DNA of 42,383 nucleotides from Candidatus Parcubacteria bacterium (GCA_024654305.1 JANLIU010000014.1:1-42383); one strand, 5' to 3'; shown: positions 1-9,345, counted from the first letter of the stretch. A program made the numbers and translations. The notes: generated by a model not told the origin, from the sequence alone.

Positions 1-465
1 AAGATATTCCTGAAAAGGGAGTTTGAAATCCGCATGCGCACCGCCATTCATCATGTTGACGAAGAGGTGCGGTGCGGAGGGCGTCGTGCCGGCGCGCTCG
101 GCGATAGCTTTCCAGAGCGGCACACCTTCCGAGAGTGCAAAAAGCCGAGTCGCGGCGATAGAGACTGCGAGAATGGCGTTCGTACCGAGGCGCGATTTGT
201 TCACTGTGCCATCGAGCTCGATGAGAAAATTATCGAGCTCATCAGCCGAAGTAAAATCGTGTCCGGCGAGCGCCGTAGCAATTTCGCCATTCACATTTTC
301 TATCGCCCGAGCCGCACCCAGCTCTACTGCTTCGTGCGAACCGGTGCTTTTCCCCGATGGGACCGATGCGGTTGCCGAAAACGTGTTAGCAGAAAGCGTT
401 ACTTCTACGGTCGGGCGCCCGCGCGTATCGTTGATCGATTGGGCGACGACAGTATCAATTCTCAT
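1..465 (-). CDS. eno: Enolase (phosphopyruvate hydratase), N-terminal 155 codons. The gene continues past the left edge of the window.
   Basis: Absent from the ORF track because it is truncated. Reverse-strand translation from ATG (465-463) gives MRIDTVVAQSINDTRGRPTVEVTLS..VPSGKSTGSHEAVELG..LDGTVNKSRLGTNAILAVSIA..MMNGGAHADFKLPFQEYL, which matches the enolase N-domain and the start of the barrel. It begins 3 nt after the ppsA stop. Confidence 0.85.
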   Translation of the reverse strand, partial: MRIDTVVAQSINDTRGRPTVEVTLSANTFSATASVPSGKSTGSHEAVELGAARAIENVNGEIATALAGHDFTSADELDNFLIELDGTVNKSRLGTNAILAVSIAATRLFALSEGVPLWKAIAERAGTTPSAPHLFVNMMNGGAHADFKLPFQEYL

Positions 466-468
466 ATC

Positions 469-2895
469 CTAGCGGCCGAGGAGGGCCGCTTCTTCAAGCT
501 CGGCAATCTGTTCAATCGTTTTGATGACCGAGTCGGGGTTGAGCGACATACTCTCGATGCCTTCACGGACGAGGAACTCCGCGAAATCGGGCAGGTCGGA
601 AGGGCCTTGTCCGCAGATGCCGATGTATTTCTTGCGCGCCATACATTTGCGGATGACCATCGAGATGAGCGCGCGGACCGATTCATCGTTTTCGTTTGCA
701 ATATGCGTCACGATGCCCGAATCGCGGTCGAGACCGAGCGTGAGCTGGGTGAGGTCGTTACTGCCGATAGACATGCCGTCGAAGAGGTCGAGAAATTCCT
801 CGGCAAGGAGGATGTTGGAAGGTATCTCGCACATCATATAGACCGGTGTAGCCTTCTCCTTGCTCTTCGCAAGCGATTTCGCGACAAGTCCCTGCTTTGC
901 CATGATACCGAGCACTTCCTCCGCCTCTTTGAGGGTGCGGCAGAAGGGGATCATCGGGATGACGTTGTCGAGCCCCATGTCTTTTCGGACTTTCACGAGC
1001 GCGCGGCATTCGAGTATGAACGCTTGCTTGAACTTCGGGTCGTAGTAGCGGGACGCTCCGCGCCAGCCGAGCATTGGATTCTCTTCTTTCGGTTCATAAG
1101 CTTCGCCGCCGAGGAGGGTCGCGTATTCATTGGTCTTGAAATCGGAGAAACGCACGATGACCGGCCGCGGAGAAAAGGCGGCGCCGATCTTTGCGATGCC
1201 GTACGCGAGATTGTCGACATAGAACTCGACCGGGTTCTTCCATCCGACGGTCTTGAGAGCGATTGCCGCGCGGAGCTTCGGCGTGAGCTTCTTGAAATTG
1301 AGGATAGCGAGCGGATGCACGCCGATATTCGAAGCGATGATGAATTCCTCGCGTGCGAGGCCCACACCCCCGACCGGTAGGAACGATTGCTCGAAGGCGA
1401 TATCCGGCGATGCGATGTTTACCATGATCTTCGTCTTCGTCTTCGGGAGTGCGCCGAGAGAATGCTCGCGTGTGGTTATCTTCGCTTTTCCTTTCGTGAC
1501 GATGCCGGCGCTGCCGGTCGTATCCACCGTGATGAGTACTCCCGTTTTGAGCACCTTGGTCGCATTGCCCGAACCTACGATAGCGGGGAGGCCGAGCTCG
1601 CGGGAAACGATCGCGGCATGGGACGTGCGTCCGCCATGGTCGGTGATAATCGCCGATGCCATCTTCATGATCGGCTCCCAATCGGGATCGGTCATGGTCG
1701 TGACCAATATCTCGCCCTTTTTGAATTCCTTTATCTGCCGCGGATTCATGATGATGCGCACGGTGCCGGTCACGGCCTTTGAGCCCACTGAAATGCCGCG
1801 CACCAGCTCCTTGCCAGCTCCGGTGACTTTGTATTCGACGAGCTTTGAAAAATCACGCTCCGCCTGCACCGTCTCGGGACGCGCTTGCACGAGGAAGAGT
1901 TCGTTCGTTATGCCGTCTTTTGCCCATTCCATATCCATCGGCGTCCAAGTCTTCGCGCGTTCGGAATAGTGCTTCTCGACAAGCGCGCCCCAGCGCGCGA
2001 GCGTCTCTATCTCGGTATCAGAGAGGACGAAGTGCGCGGCTTCACTCTCGGTCGTCTTCACTACCTTGGTCTGGATGACGCCGACTTTCCCGAACGCATA
2101 GAGCATCTTCTTATCCTTTTTACCGAGTGTTTTGCCGATGATAGGGCTTTTCACTTTTCCTATCTTCGATTTCATCACCAGATATTCGTCCGGTGTGACG
2201 CGTCCCTGCACAATCATTTCGCCGATGCCCCAGACGGCATTGATGAGGACAATGTCGCAGAAACCACTTTCAGTATCGACCGTGAACATGACCCCTGAAG
2301 CGCCCTTGTCGGAGCGGACCATTTTTTGGATGCCCACCGAGAGCGCGATCTTCATGTGGTCGAACCCTCGGTCGGCGCGATAGGAGATGGCGCGGTCGGT
2401 GAACAGCGATGCCATCGTCCAGACCGTAGCGCGCAGAACGTCTTTTTCGCCACGGATGTTGAGGTAGGTCTCTTGTTCACCGGCGAAGGAAGCGCCCGGC
2501 AAGTCTTCGGCAGTGGCGCTTGAGCGTACCGCGACGTCGGTGTTTTTCCCGTATTCCTTTTCCATCTGCGCGTACGCGGCGGAAATTTCTTTTGCGAGAT
2601 CGGCTGGAAGCGACGTTGCTCGCATCTTCTCGCGGATAAGCTTCCCGCATCGCGAGAGCTCGCTCAGATTCTTGGTGTTGAGCCTCTTGAGCGTCTTTGC
2701 GATGAACGTATCAAGTCCGGTCTCTTTCAGATAGTGGTAGTAGGCGCTCGCGGTGACCGCGAATCCTCCCGGCACCCGGACACCCTGCGGAACGAGATCG
2801 CGAATAAGTTCTCCAAGCGACGCGTTCTTGCCGCCCACCTGTGCGACATCATCCATGCCGATGTCCTGGAGCCACACAATGTGGGGTTTTTTCAT
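469..2895 (-). CDS. ppsA: Phosphoenolpyruvate synthase (pyruvate, water dikinase)
   Basis: 808-aa ORF. It has the N-terminal nucleotide-binding block VGGKNASLGE, the phosphohistidine swivel block DHGGRTSHAAIVSRELGLPAIVG and the C-terminal PEP-utilising block GMSIGSNDLTQLTLG. Length and domain order are typical of PpsA. Confidence 0.9.
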   Translation of the reverse strand: MKKPHIVWLQDIGMDDVAQVGGKNASLGELIRDLVPQGVRVPGGFAVTASAYYHYLKETGLDTFIAKTLKRLNTKNLSELSRCGKLIREKMRATSLPADLAKEISAAYAQMEKEYGKNTDVAVRSSATAEDLPGASFAGEQETYLNIRGEKDVLRATVWTMASLFTDRAISYRADRGFDHMKIALSVGIQKMVRSDKGASGVMFTVDTESGFCDIVLINAVWGIGEMIVQGRVTPDEYLVMKSKIGKVKSPIIGKTLGKKDKKMLYAFGKVGVIQTKVVKTTESEAAHFVLSDTEIETLARWGALVEKHYSERAKTWTPMDMEWAKDGITNELFLVQARPETVQAERDFSKLVEYKVTGAGKELVRGISVGSKAVTGTVRIIMNPRQIKEFKKGEILVTTMTDPDWEPIMKMASAIITDHGGRTSHAAIVSRELGLPAIVGSGNATKVLKTGVLITVDTTGSAGIVTKGKAKITTREHSLGALPKTKTKIMVNIASPDIAFEQSFLPVGGVGLAREEFIIASNIGVHPLAILNFKKLTPKLRAAIALKTVGWKNPVEFYVDNLAYGIAKIGAAFSPRPVIVRFSDFKTNEYATLLGGEAYEPKEENPMLGWRGASRYYDPKFKQAFILECRALVKVRKDMGLDNVIPMIPFCRTLKEAEEVLGIMAKQGLVAKSLAKSKEKATPVYMMCEIPSNILLAEEFLDLFDGMSIGSNDLTQLTLGLDRDSGIVTHIANENDESVRALISMVIRKCMARKKYIGICGQGPSDLPDFAEFLVREGIESMSLNPDSVIKTIEQIAELEEAALLGR

Positions 2896-2901
2896 ACGAG
2901 T

Positions 2902-4257
2902 TTATTTTTTAAGGGCAATGATGAGGTCGGACACATTAGAACCAGTATACCCGGTGCGGAGCGCATCGCCGGTCGCTGTAAAGAAATCATACGAACGGTG
3001 AGCATTGAGATATTCTTCAACCGATACATTTTTCGCGAGCGCGTGTACACGAGTCGTTTCGTCACTGATCGCACCGGCGAAATCAGTGTTGTCGTGGCCG
3101 TCGGAAGCGAACGGCATGATTAACTCATCTGGGTTGAGGTATTCAAGAGCGGCAAGCGCCATTTCTTGATTTCTCCCACCAGAGCCGGGAATTGATGGAC
3201 ACATGGTGTCCATCATGACGGTGCTTTCACCGGCGTAAAGAAGCGCTGTTTTCGCCGGTACATCGTGCAGTTTCTCTACAACGACGCGACCGGTACCACG
3301 CGCTTCTCCGTCAAAGTGGTCGTCGATAATGGCGGTAGCATATCCGCGCTTTTCCGCCTCATCTTTCATTGCGGCAAGAGCGTCCTGGCTTGAAAGAAAG
3401 AGTACATTAGCTACACGGTCAAAATATTTCTGTTCCTTCGGTGTCTCCAAGAACTCGATATTCGCCGAAGCCGTGATGTCGTACTTCGCGAGGATTGCCC
3501 GCGCATCATCCACGGTTGATGAGTCGAGTACGGTCGGACCCGATGCGATGAATCCGATATCGTTTCCGGGTACATCAGACACGATGAGAGAGACAACTTC
3601 AGCGGGATATGCCGCTTTCGCGAGCGCGCCGCCGCGCGCGAGCGAGATATGTTTGCGCACGGTATTGATGTCTTGTATCGTCGCGCCCTTTGCGGTGAGT
3701 TCCCCGAAGAGTGTGCTTTCATCGAGACAGGTCATCGGCGCGTCATGGAGACAGAGCAGGGTAGAGCCGCCGCCGGAGATGAGCATGATGACGAGATCGC
3801 TCTCGCGGCGTTCGGCGAGGAATTCAATGATGCGCTTGGTCGCGGCTTCATTCACCTCGCTCGGCAAGGGATGCGTGCCGACAAACATTTCGATTTTTCC
3901 CGATGAGGACACATCTCGCCCCGTTAGAGACAAGGACTCGGAGAGTCCTGGCCGACTTCCAGTCGGCGTCTCTAACGGGGCAAGCGCGATGCCGCCGGTA
4001 AGCCGTTCGCCCAGGAGCTCTTCAAGAGCCGTCGCTGCAGCGAACGCGCACTTGCCGACGCCGACGAAGAATATGCGCCGCCCGAGAAGCGAGTACGTTT
4101 TTCCTTCACTGCGCAGTTCGTCGTTCAGAATGCGAAGCTTGCGCTCCAAAGCCGCGCCTACATTTATAGCGGCGTAGCCCGCTTCTGCGATTTCGAGCGC
4201 ATCAGTACGCAATTCATTTTCGGCAAGCGCTTCGAAGTTCTGTATGCGGTGGCCCAT
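2902..4257 (-). CDS. Glycerate 2-kinase (DUF4147 + MOFRL domains)
   Basis: Blocks VGVGKCAFAAA, ISGGGSTLL, INTVRKHISLARGG, SLIVSDVPGNDIGFIASGP, GGRNQEMALAA and TGYTGSNVSDLIIAL align along the whole length with TM1585-type glycerate kinases. I chose the start MGHRIQNF (ATG at 4257-4255) over the track start at 4398, whose extra 47 aa look non-coding. Confidence 0.8.
   Translation of the reverse strand: MGHRIQNFEALAENELRTDALEIAEAGYAAINVGAALERKLRILNDELRSEGKTYSLLGRRIFFVGVGKCAFAAATALEELLGERLTGGIALAPLETPTGSRPGLSESLSLTGRDVSSSGKIEMFVGTHPLPSEVNEAATKRIIEFLAERRESDLVIMLISGGGSTLLCLHDAPMTCLDESTLFGELTAKGATIQDINTVRKHISLARGGALAKAAYPAEVVSLIVSDVPGNDIGFIASGPTVLDSSTVDDARAILAKYDITASANIEFLETPKEQKYFDRVANVLFLSSQDALAAMKDEAEKRGYATAIIDDHFDGEARGTGRVVVEKLHDVPAKTALLYAGESTVMMDTMCPSIPGSGGRNQEMALAALEYLNPDELIMPFASDGHDNTDFAGAISDETTRVHALAKNVSVEEYLNAHRSYDFFTATGDALRTGYTGSNVSDLIIALKK
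3918..3981. repeat. 64-nt palindromic mini-element inside the glycerate kinase CDS. It has a 14-bp terminal stem and two internal 7-bp hairpins.
   Basis: GCCCCGTTAGAGAC (3918-3931) is the exact reverse complement of GTCTCTAACGGGGC (3968-3981). The interior holds AGGACTC-gga-GAGTCCT and GCCGACT-tcc-AGTCGGC. It encodes the extra segment ..LETPTGSRPGLSESLSLTG.. relative to the equivalent loop of TM1585-type glycerate kinases. The CCCGTTAGAG/CTCTAACGGG core recurs at 19128-19177. Confidence 0.8.
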
Positions 4258-4410
4258 TACTTCCAGAGTAACCCGAAGCGAGGCGTTGTTCGGTCGCTGT
4301 CCCCGAACAGGGCAGAACTGAGGCGTATACGCACCTCCCTTTATTGACTTTCGGTATGTTGTCCGTACACTGATGCTCATTAGGCCATAGGGCGGCATCT
4401 AAGAAAACTA

Positions 4411-5832
4411 TTGGAAATGGAAAGGTATGAGTTTAAAAATAAAATCCTTATTGTAGGGTTCGGGAGCATCGGACAAGGCGTATTACCGCTCATTCTTCGG
4501 CATTTCACCATCACGCCGGACCGAATCACTATCGTTACCGCCGACAAGCGTGGGGAGAATATCGCGAAAGAATACGGCGTCCGCTTCATCATCGACCCGC
4601 TTTTGCCGCACAATCATCAGGACATCATCCGCTCGCACATCGGCCCGGGCGATTTTCTCGTTAATGTTTCGGTAGATGTATCGACTATGGCGCTCATCGA
4701 GTATTGCCAGCGGAACTCGATTCTTTACCTTGATACCGTCGTGGAGCCATGGGAAGGGTATTACACCGACCCATCGCTCTCCGTCTCACAGCGCTCGAAT
4801 TACGCACTGCGCGAGCAGGCGCTCGCGCTCCGTAAGCTCGTTTTGGAAGGACCGCACCCGACCGCGGTCATCGCGCATGGCGCGAATCCCGGCCTCGTGT
4901 CCCATTTCGTCAAACAGGCGCTCCTTAATGTCGCCGCCGATACCGGTGTGCAGGTGGAACAACCGAAAACGCGCGACGCGTGGGCGCGGCTCGCGCGCGA
5001 CCTCGGTATTAAAGTCATCCACATCGCCGAGCGTGATACGCAGCAATCTCCGACACCGAAGAAAATAGGAGAGTTCGTGAACACATGGTCAGTGGACGGA
5101 TTCCATTCGGAGAGTTGTCAGCCGTCTGAAATGGGATGGGGCACGCATGAAAAAGCAATTCCGGCTGACGGCAAGGAGCATGATTTCGGCGTGAAGTGTG
5201 CCATTTATCTGGACCAGCCGAGCTTTATGACCAAATGCAGGAGTTGGACGCCTACATCCAAAGCCCAGCAAGGATGGGTCGTCACGCATCACGAATCAAT
5301 TTCTATCGCCGATTATTTGACGGTCATGGAGGATGGGAAAGCCGTATACCGACCGACTGTGCACTACGCCTATCACCCGTGTGATGGCGCGGTCCTTTCG
5401 CTCGATGAGCTTGCGGCTAATAACGGTGTCTTGCAGAAAGAACAGCGGCTCATCACCGATGAAGTTCTTCCCGGAGGCGTCGACGAACTAGGTGTATTGC
5501 TTATGGGTCACGCAAAAAATGCGTACTGGTATGGCTCGCGCCTTTCCATCGATGAGGCGCACAAGCTCGTGCCGCACAATAATGCAACAGCTCTTCAGGT
5601 GACCTCTAGCATCATCGGTGCGATGGTCTGGGCGATACAGAATCCTACGGCAGGTATCGTTGATGCGGATGAGCTGGACCACGAACTCCTGATGAAAATC
5701 GCAGGTCCCTATCTCGGCAAAGTATTCGGTGAATACACCGATTGGACTCCTATAGAAGGCCGCGGTGTGCTTTTCCCGGAATTCGTTGACACGGAAGACC
5801 CATGGCAGTTCTCAAACTTCAGAGTGTCTTAG
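4411..5832 (+). CDS. hss: Homospermidine synthase (bacterial type, saccharopine-dehydrogenase-like fold)
   Basis: 473 aa. N-terminal Rossmann block ILIVGFGSIGQGVLPLILRHF, then VNVSVDVSTMALIEYC..LYLDTVVEPW..SNYALRE..HGANPGLVSHFVKQALLNVAAD. These are collinear with bacterial HSS such as the Blastochloris enzyme, and the length fits. Confidence 0.85.
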   Translation: MEMERYEFKNKILIVGFGSIGQGVLPLILRHFTITPDRITIVTADKRGENIAKEYGVRFIIDPLLPHNHQDIIRSHIGPGDFLVNVSVDVSTMALIEYCQRNSILYLDTVVEPWEGYYTDPSLSVSQRSNYALREQALALRKLVLEGPHPTAVIAHGANPGLVSHFVKQALLNVAADTGVQVEQPKTRDAWARLARDLGIKVIHIAERDTQQSPTPKKIGEFVNTWSVDGFHSESCQPSEMGWGTHEKAIPADGKEHDFGVKCAIYLDQPSFMTKCRSWTPTSKAQQGWVVTHHESISIADYLTVMEDGKAVYRPTVHYAYHPCDGAVLSLDELAANNGVLQKEQRLITDEVLPGGVDELGVLLMGHAKNAYWYGSRLSIDEAHKLVPHNNATALQVTSSIIGAMVWAIQNPTAGIVDADELDHELLMKIAGPYLGKVFGEYTDWTPIEGRGVLFPEFVDTEDPWQFSNFRVS

Positions 5833-6368
5833 GTTTTGCGCGTTCGCGAACGGAAGACGTGGTGTAAATAAGGCTTCACGAAACGGTCGAGTCCCCAATA
5901 ACCGGCGACGCGATGGGCAAGCATGATGGCGATCGCGACAAGCACGAGCATTGGATTGACGCTGACGGTGCCGGCGAGAAGGAAATTGAACGCCATGAAG
6001 AAAGCGAAGAATGCGGCGGTGCCGGTGCAGAGCCCGACGATGAGCCCGAGCCCAATGAAGAGCTCGCCGAGCACGACCGCGTTCGACCACACCATGAGAT
6101 GGGGGAGCACAGTGCTTTGAAGGAATGACGCGTACCACTGATAGACATCCGGATGAGCTCCAACGGTCTTAGCGAGCGCTCCTTGGACAAATCCTTGGAG
6201 CGCGGCGCCCGCATCAGAGCCGAACCACGCCGGACTTGCGAGCTTGCCCCATCCCGCCATAAGAAATTCGTAGCCGAGATAGACGCGGACGACGAACCAC
6301 ATAGGAGCCGAAGCTTTATCTGCGGTAAAAAAGTGCACGAACCAAGATTCTTCAATGGTGTATTTCAT
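5829..6368 (-). CDS. DoxX family membrane protein
   Basis: 179 aa with four predicted TM helices. It carries the DoxX-like block RVYLGYEFLMAGWGKL and a central GELFIGLGLIVG helix. It overlaps the hss stop by 4 nt in convergent orientation. Confidence 0.65.
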   Translation of the reverse strand: MKYTIEESWFVHFFTADKASAPMWFVVRVYLGYEFLMAGWGKLASPAWFGSDAGAALQGFVQGALAKTVGAHPDVYQWYASFLQSTVLPHLMVWSNAVVLGELFIGLGLIVGLCTGTAAFFAFFMAFNFLLAGTVSVNPMLVLVAIAIMLAHRVAGYWGLDRFVKPYLHHVFRSRTRKT

Positions 6369-6590
6369 ATCCCCATTCTAGGGCACGCGGGGCGGAATGA
6401 AAGCACCCGCTGTGGAGATGATAGTCTTACGGTATGAAAGAAATGGTTCAAGTACCAAAAAATTGAATGACATGACGCTATACGACATGCATACACACGG
6501 GTTGTATGCTATACATTTTCACGGTGTCTCTGTTCTTTGTGATACACTAAAACCGTAATCTTCAACCAACTACTAAGGAAAGGAAACATC

Positions 6591-7175
6591 ATGGAAAAGA
6601 AATCCAAGATTGCTATAGGAGTCATCCTCGGCATTCTCATACTTGCAGGTGTGGGCGCTATTGCAGGATGCGGCGGGGGCGGCGGCTCGCAAGGGTCCGG
6701 TACGCCTGTCGTTGTGACGCCAACGCCACCGGTTCCGGACGGTCTACCGCCCGACCCCGGTGCGAGTGGAAAGCTGACCCTTGCAGGGATTGACGTTGAT
6801 GCCGACGGCGTTCGCGACGACATCCAGCGCTATATTGCAGTCAATCACCCCGATTCCGCAAAGGAACGGGCGGCGTTGACGCAGGATGCGAAGGTGATGC
6901 AGGCTGCACTCCTTGACGCGAACGACAAAGCAAAGTCGGTGCAACACGGAGAGGAGGCGAGCAAGTCGTCGGAATGTCTCTGGTACACGTTTGGTTCAGT
7001 TGATGTCGCATATCAAGCGGAGATTTCGCTCCGTGCGGTTGCACTGAATACCGACGAACGTAATCGGGCATACTTCCTCTACGATAGTCAGCTTGGCGGT
7101 GAGGTATTCAAAGGAACACCGTACGACCAGCTCGCATCAACGTGTGCGGTTGACCCCGCAACGCTTCCTAACTAG
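6591..7175 (+). CDS. Hypothetical lipoprotein
   Basis: The start follows AAGGAAAGGAAA (RBS). The N-terminal TM/signal ends in a lipobox-like IAGC, followed by a Gly/Pro/Thr linker. I recognise no family. Confidence 0.5.
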   Translation: MEKKSKIAIGVILGILILAGVGAIAGCGGGGGSQGSGTPVVVTPTPPVPDGLPPDPGASGKLTLAGIDVDADGVRDDIQRYIAVNHPDSAKERAALTQDAKVMQAALLDANDKAKSVQHGEEASKSSECLWYTFGSVDVAYQAEISLRAVALNTDERNRAYFLYDSQLGGEVFKGTPYDQLASTCAVDPATLPN

Positions 7176-7193
7176 ACCAAGAGGAGAGGGCAA

Positions 7194-8444
7194 ATGAAAA
7201 GCATCATTGGTGTGATGTGTCTGCTTCTTGCACTTTGCACAGAAGCATTTGGTGAAGGGGCATTCTGTCAGGTTCCTACGGGGACGGTCGTGGTGTTCGG
7301 TAATGGCATCATGGGTACACAAAAAGATGCCGTTGCTTCACGAAACAAGCTGCATGATACTCTTCGGGCGACCTTAACCTCTGACGAGTTCAACAAGCTT
7401 GAGTTCGACCTGGCCTACAACCAGTCCTACGGGCTCATAAGCGACCTATACGAATCGCTCAAGCAGAAACTCTCGTCCGACAACGTCGTCGTCTCGTTCT
7501 GGCGATGGCTGGGCAACAGAGAAGAAATCCCCGCCCTCGTTCGCGAAGCGCTGACCAATATGGCGACACGCTTTGATTTTTCAACGCATGTCGGCACCGG
7601 CGACCTCGACAACCACCTCACGCTCTACCGTGCAAGCATTCTCGCAGGCAAGAAGGTGGTTGTCGTTGCGCATTCGCAGGGGAACTTCTTCGCGAACGCG
7701 GCATACGAGCTTTTGCACAGCGGGACTGATTCCGTAACTTCCAGAAGTTTCGGTATTGTCTCGGTGGCCAATCCGGCAAGTTTCGTCGGCGGCGACGGTC
7801 CGTATACGACGCTTATTGAGGACGTGGTTATTCAAGCCATTGCCCTCGCGACGCCGGTGGGTGCTCTGGGTCCCATAGCACCGAACGCCACCAAAAGGGG
7901 GAGCAGTGTGGCGACCAGCGACTGGAGCGGGCATAATTTCCTTCTTGAGTATATGGCCGCAGGAAGCAATACGATTGGCCCCATCACGCAAAACGTGGTG
8001 GGGATGATGAGTTCTCTCGAACAGCCTCTGCAGAGAGTGCAGGATGGCATCATCACCGCGATACTCACCTGGGGCGCACAGCCGGACGTTGACCTGCATG
8101 TGTTTGAACCGGGTGGTTCTCACGTGTTTTACGGGAACTTCCAGGGTATCTCGGGGTATCTCGACCTCGATGATACCTCGAGCTTTGGTCCCGAGCACTA
8201 CTATGTAGCGTGTACGGCGCTTAGCGCGGGGGTGTATTCGATTGGAGTCAACTACTTCTACGGTCTTGCTCCCGAGACGGCTCAACTGCAGATAACGGCA
8301 GGGACCATCGTGCGCAACTACACCATCCCCTTAGCCACCGTTTCAGGCGAAGGTGGTGACGCAAGCCCCATCCCCGTTGCCGAGATTACGGTAACGGGCG
8401 ACGCAAGCCGCGGTTTTCAGTTTGCGGTGAGCGGCGCACCATAA
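7194..8444 (+). CDS. Secreted alpha/beta-hydrolase-like protein (lipase-type HSQGN nucleophile elbow) with a C-terminal DUF2135/YfaP-like beta-sandwich domain
   Basis: Signal peptide MKSIIGVMCLLLALCTEAFG. VVVVAHSQGNFFA resembles a GxSxG nucleophile elbow. The C-terminal block TWGAQPDVDLHVFEPGGSHVFYGN..GYLDLDDTSSFGPEHYYV resembles the DUF2135 pattern (D.DLHV.P.G....Y......G.L..D...GYGPE.Y). Confidence 0.5.
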   Translation: MKSIIGVMCLLLALCTEAFGEGAFCQVPTGTVVVFGNGIMGTQKDAVASRNKLHDTLRATLTSDEFNKLEFDLAYNQSYGLISDLYESLKQKLSSDNVVVSFWRWLGNREEIPALVREALTNMATRFDFSTHVGTGDLDNHLTLYRASILAGKKVVVVAHSQGNFFANAAYELLHSGTDSVTSRSFGIVSVANPASFVGGDGPYTTLIEDVVIQAIALATPVGALGPIAPNATKRGSSVATSDWSGHNFLLEYMAAGSNTIGPITQNVVGMMSSLEQPLQRVQDGIITAILTWGAQPDVDLHVFEPGGSHVFYGNFQGISGYLDLDDTSSFGPEHYYVACTALSAGVYSIGVNYFYGLAPETAQLQITAGTIVRNYTIPLATVSGEGGDASPIPVAEITVTGDASRGFQFAVSGAP

Positions 8445-8583
8445 CCCCACAACGAGTCCCTTTTACAGGCTGGAGCAATCCGGCCTGTTTTCTTTGTGTG
8501 GCGGAGTCGCATCTTCAGGTAGTACAATACAGGGACGATGATGCCACTGGATAAGAATGGGAGCCTAAAGCTCTCACCGAAGT

Positions 8584-8609
8584 AAAAATGCCGCCCTTTG
8601 GGGGCGGCA
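8584..8609 (-). terminator. Rho-independent terminator of the GNAT gene
   Basis: On the minus strand this reads TGCCGCCC-ccaaa-GGGCGGCA followed by TTTTT, beginning 6 nt after the stop at 8615. Confidence 0.7.
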
Positions 8610-8614
8610 AAATA

Positions 8615-9265
8615 CTACGAAGCACCGATTTCTTTTTGCAGGAACGCGCGCTGTTCGTCGGTAAGTCTCGGCAAACTTTTCGTTTTTTGATACGCATCCC
8701 AGATCGGCTCCCAATCCTCGCGGAAAACTTCGAACTCGATGCTGTCCACGAATTCGCCGTCGCGGAAGTGGTGCTTTTTAAAGCGACCGACTTGCGTATA
8801 ACCGCACGCGAGTAGGTGACCCCAACTGTTACCGTTGAAGGCCTTTACGCGCGAGCAGATTTTCCGCAGGCCTCGATTGCGAAATGCTTCGTAAAGAAGC
8901 AACAGCTTCGCTTCCTTCCCGTATCCTTTTCCGAAACAGGATTTGTCGCAGATGATAGTACCGCTTGCTGCGTAACCTTCCGGCCAGGTAATGCCGTGCA
9001 GGCCGGTATGCCCGATGTAGCGGTATCCAGTCACTGCTCCTGCGGCATCTCGTTCGTGCAACAGAATAGCAAGGATGATGTCACTTTTTTGCACAATCTT
9101 GTCGTACCACGTGTATTCCGCTTCAAGTGTTATCGGTGGTTGCAAGATGACACCGCGCATCACTTCCGGGTCATTGGCCCCCTTCATAAAGAGGGGAATA
9201 TACTCGCGTTGCATTGCGCCGAGCGAGATGTCCAGACCATGATGGATTGGATAGTGTGTGTCCAC
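8615..9265 (-). CDS. GNAT family N-acetyltransferase (RimJ/RimL-like)
   Basis: 216 aa. The GTG start is preceded by AAGGAG. The acetyl-CoA block CFGKGYGKEAKLLLLYEAF and the ..AFNGNSWGHLLACGYTQVG.. pattern are typical of Acetyltransf_3-type GNATs. Confidence 0.75.
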   Translation of the reverse strand: MDTHYPIHHGLDISLGAMQREYIPLFMKGANDPEVMRGVILQPPITLEAEYTWYDKIVQKSDIILAILLHERDAAGAVTGYRYIGHTGLHGITWPEGYAASGTIICDKSCFGKGYGKEAKLLLLYEAFRNRGLRKICSRVKAFNGNSWGHLLACGYTQVGRFKKHHFRDGEFVDSIEFEVFREDWEPIWDAYQKTKSLPRLTDEQRAFLQKEIGAS

Positions 9266-9312
9266 AATTACTCCTTTTCAATGTAAAGAACATGCTCTAC
9301 TCCGAAAGACGA

Positions 9313-9345
9313 GAAAACCTCGGCTTCCGCAGAGCCGAGGTTTTT
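9313..9345. terminator. Strong terminator-like hairpin with T/A runs on both sides, in the divergent intergenic region upstream of the GNAT gene
   Basis: AAAACCTCGGCT-tccgcag-AGCCGAGGTTTT forms a perfect 12-bp stem. On the minus strand it is followed by TTTTCTC and lies about 45 nt before the GNAT RBS. Confidence 0.5.

Noticed and set aside
34-1380. 448-aa plus-strand ORF, with the overlapping 149-aa ORF at 23-472
   Set aside because: It is antisense to enolase and ppsA, which both have unambiguous family signatures in the minus frame. Its translation is Arg/Glu/Asp-rich low-information sequence typical of shadow ORFs in GC-rich coding DNA.
4258-4398. 47-codon N-terminal extension of the glycerate kinase ORF (track start at 4398)
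   Set aside because: The extension (MPPYGLMSISVRTTYRKSIKGG..) has no counterpart in glycerate 2-kinases, whose alignment begins near MGHRIQNF. It would also consume almost the whole divergent promoter region shared with hss.
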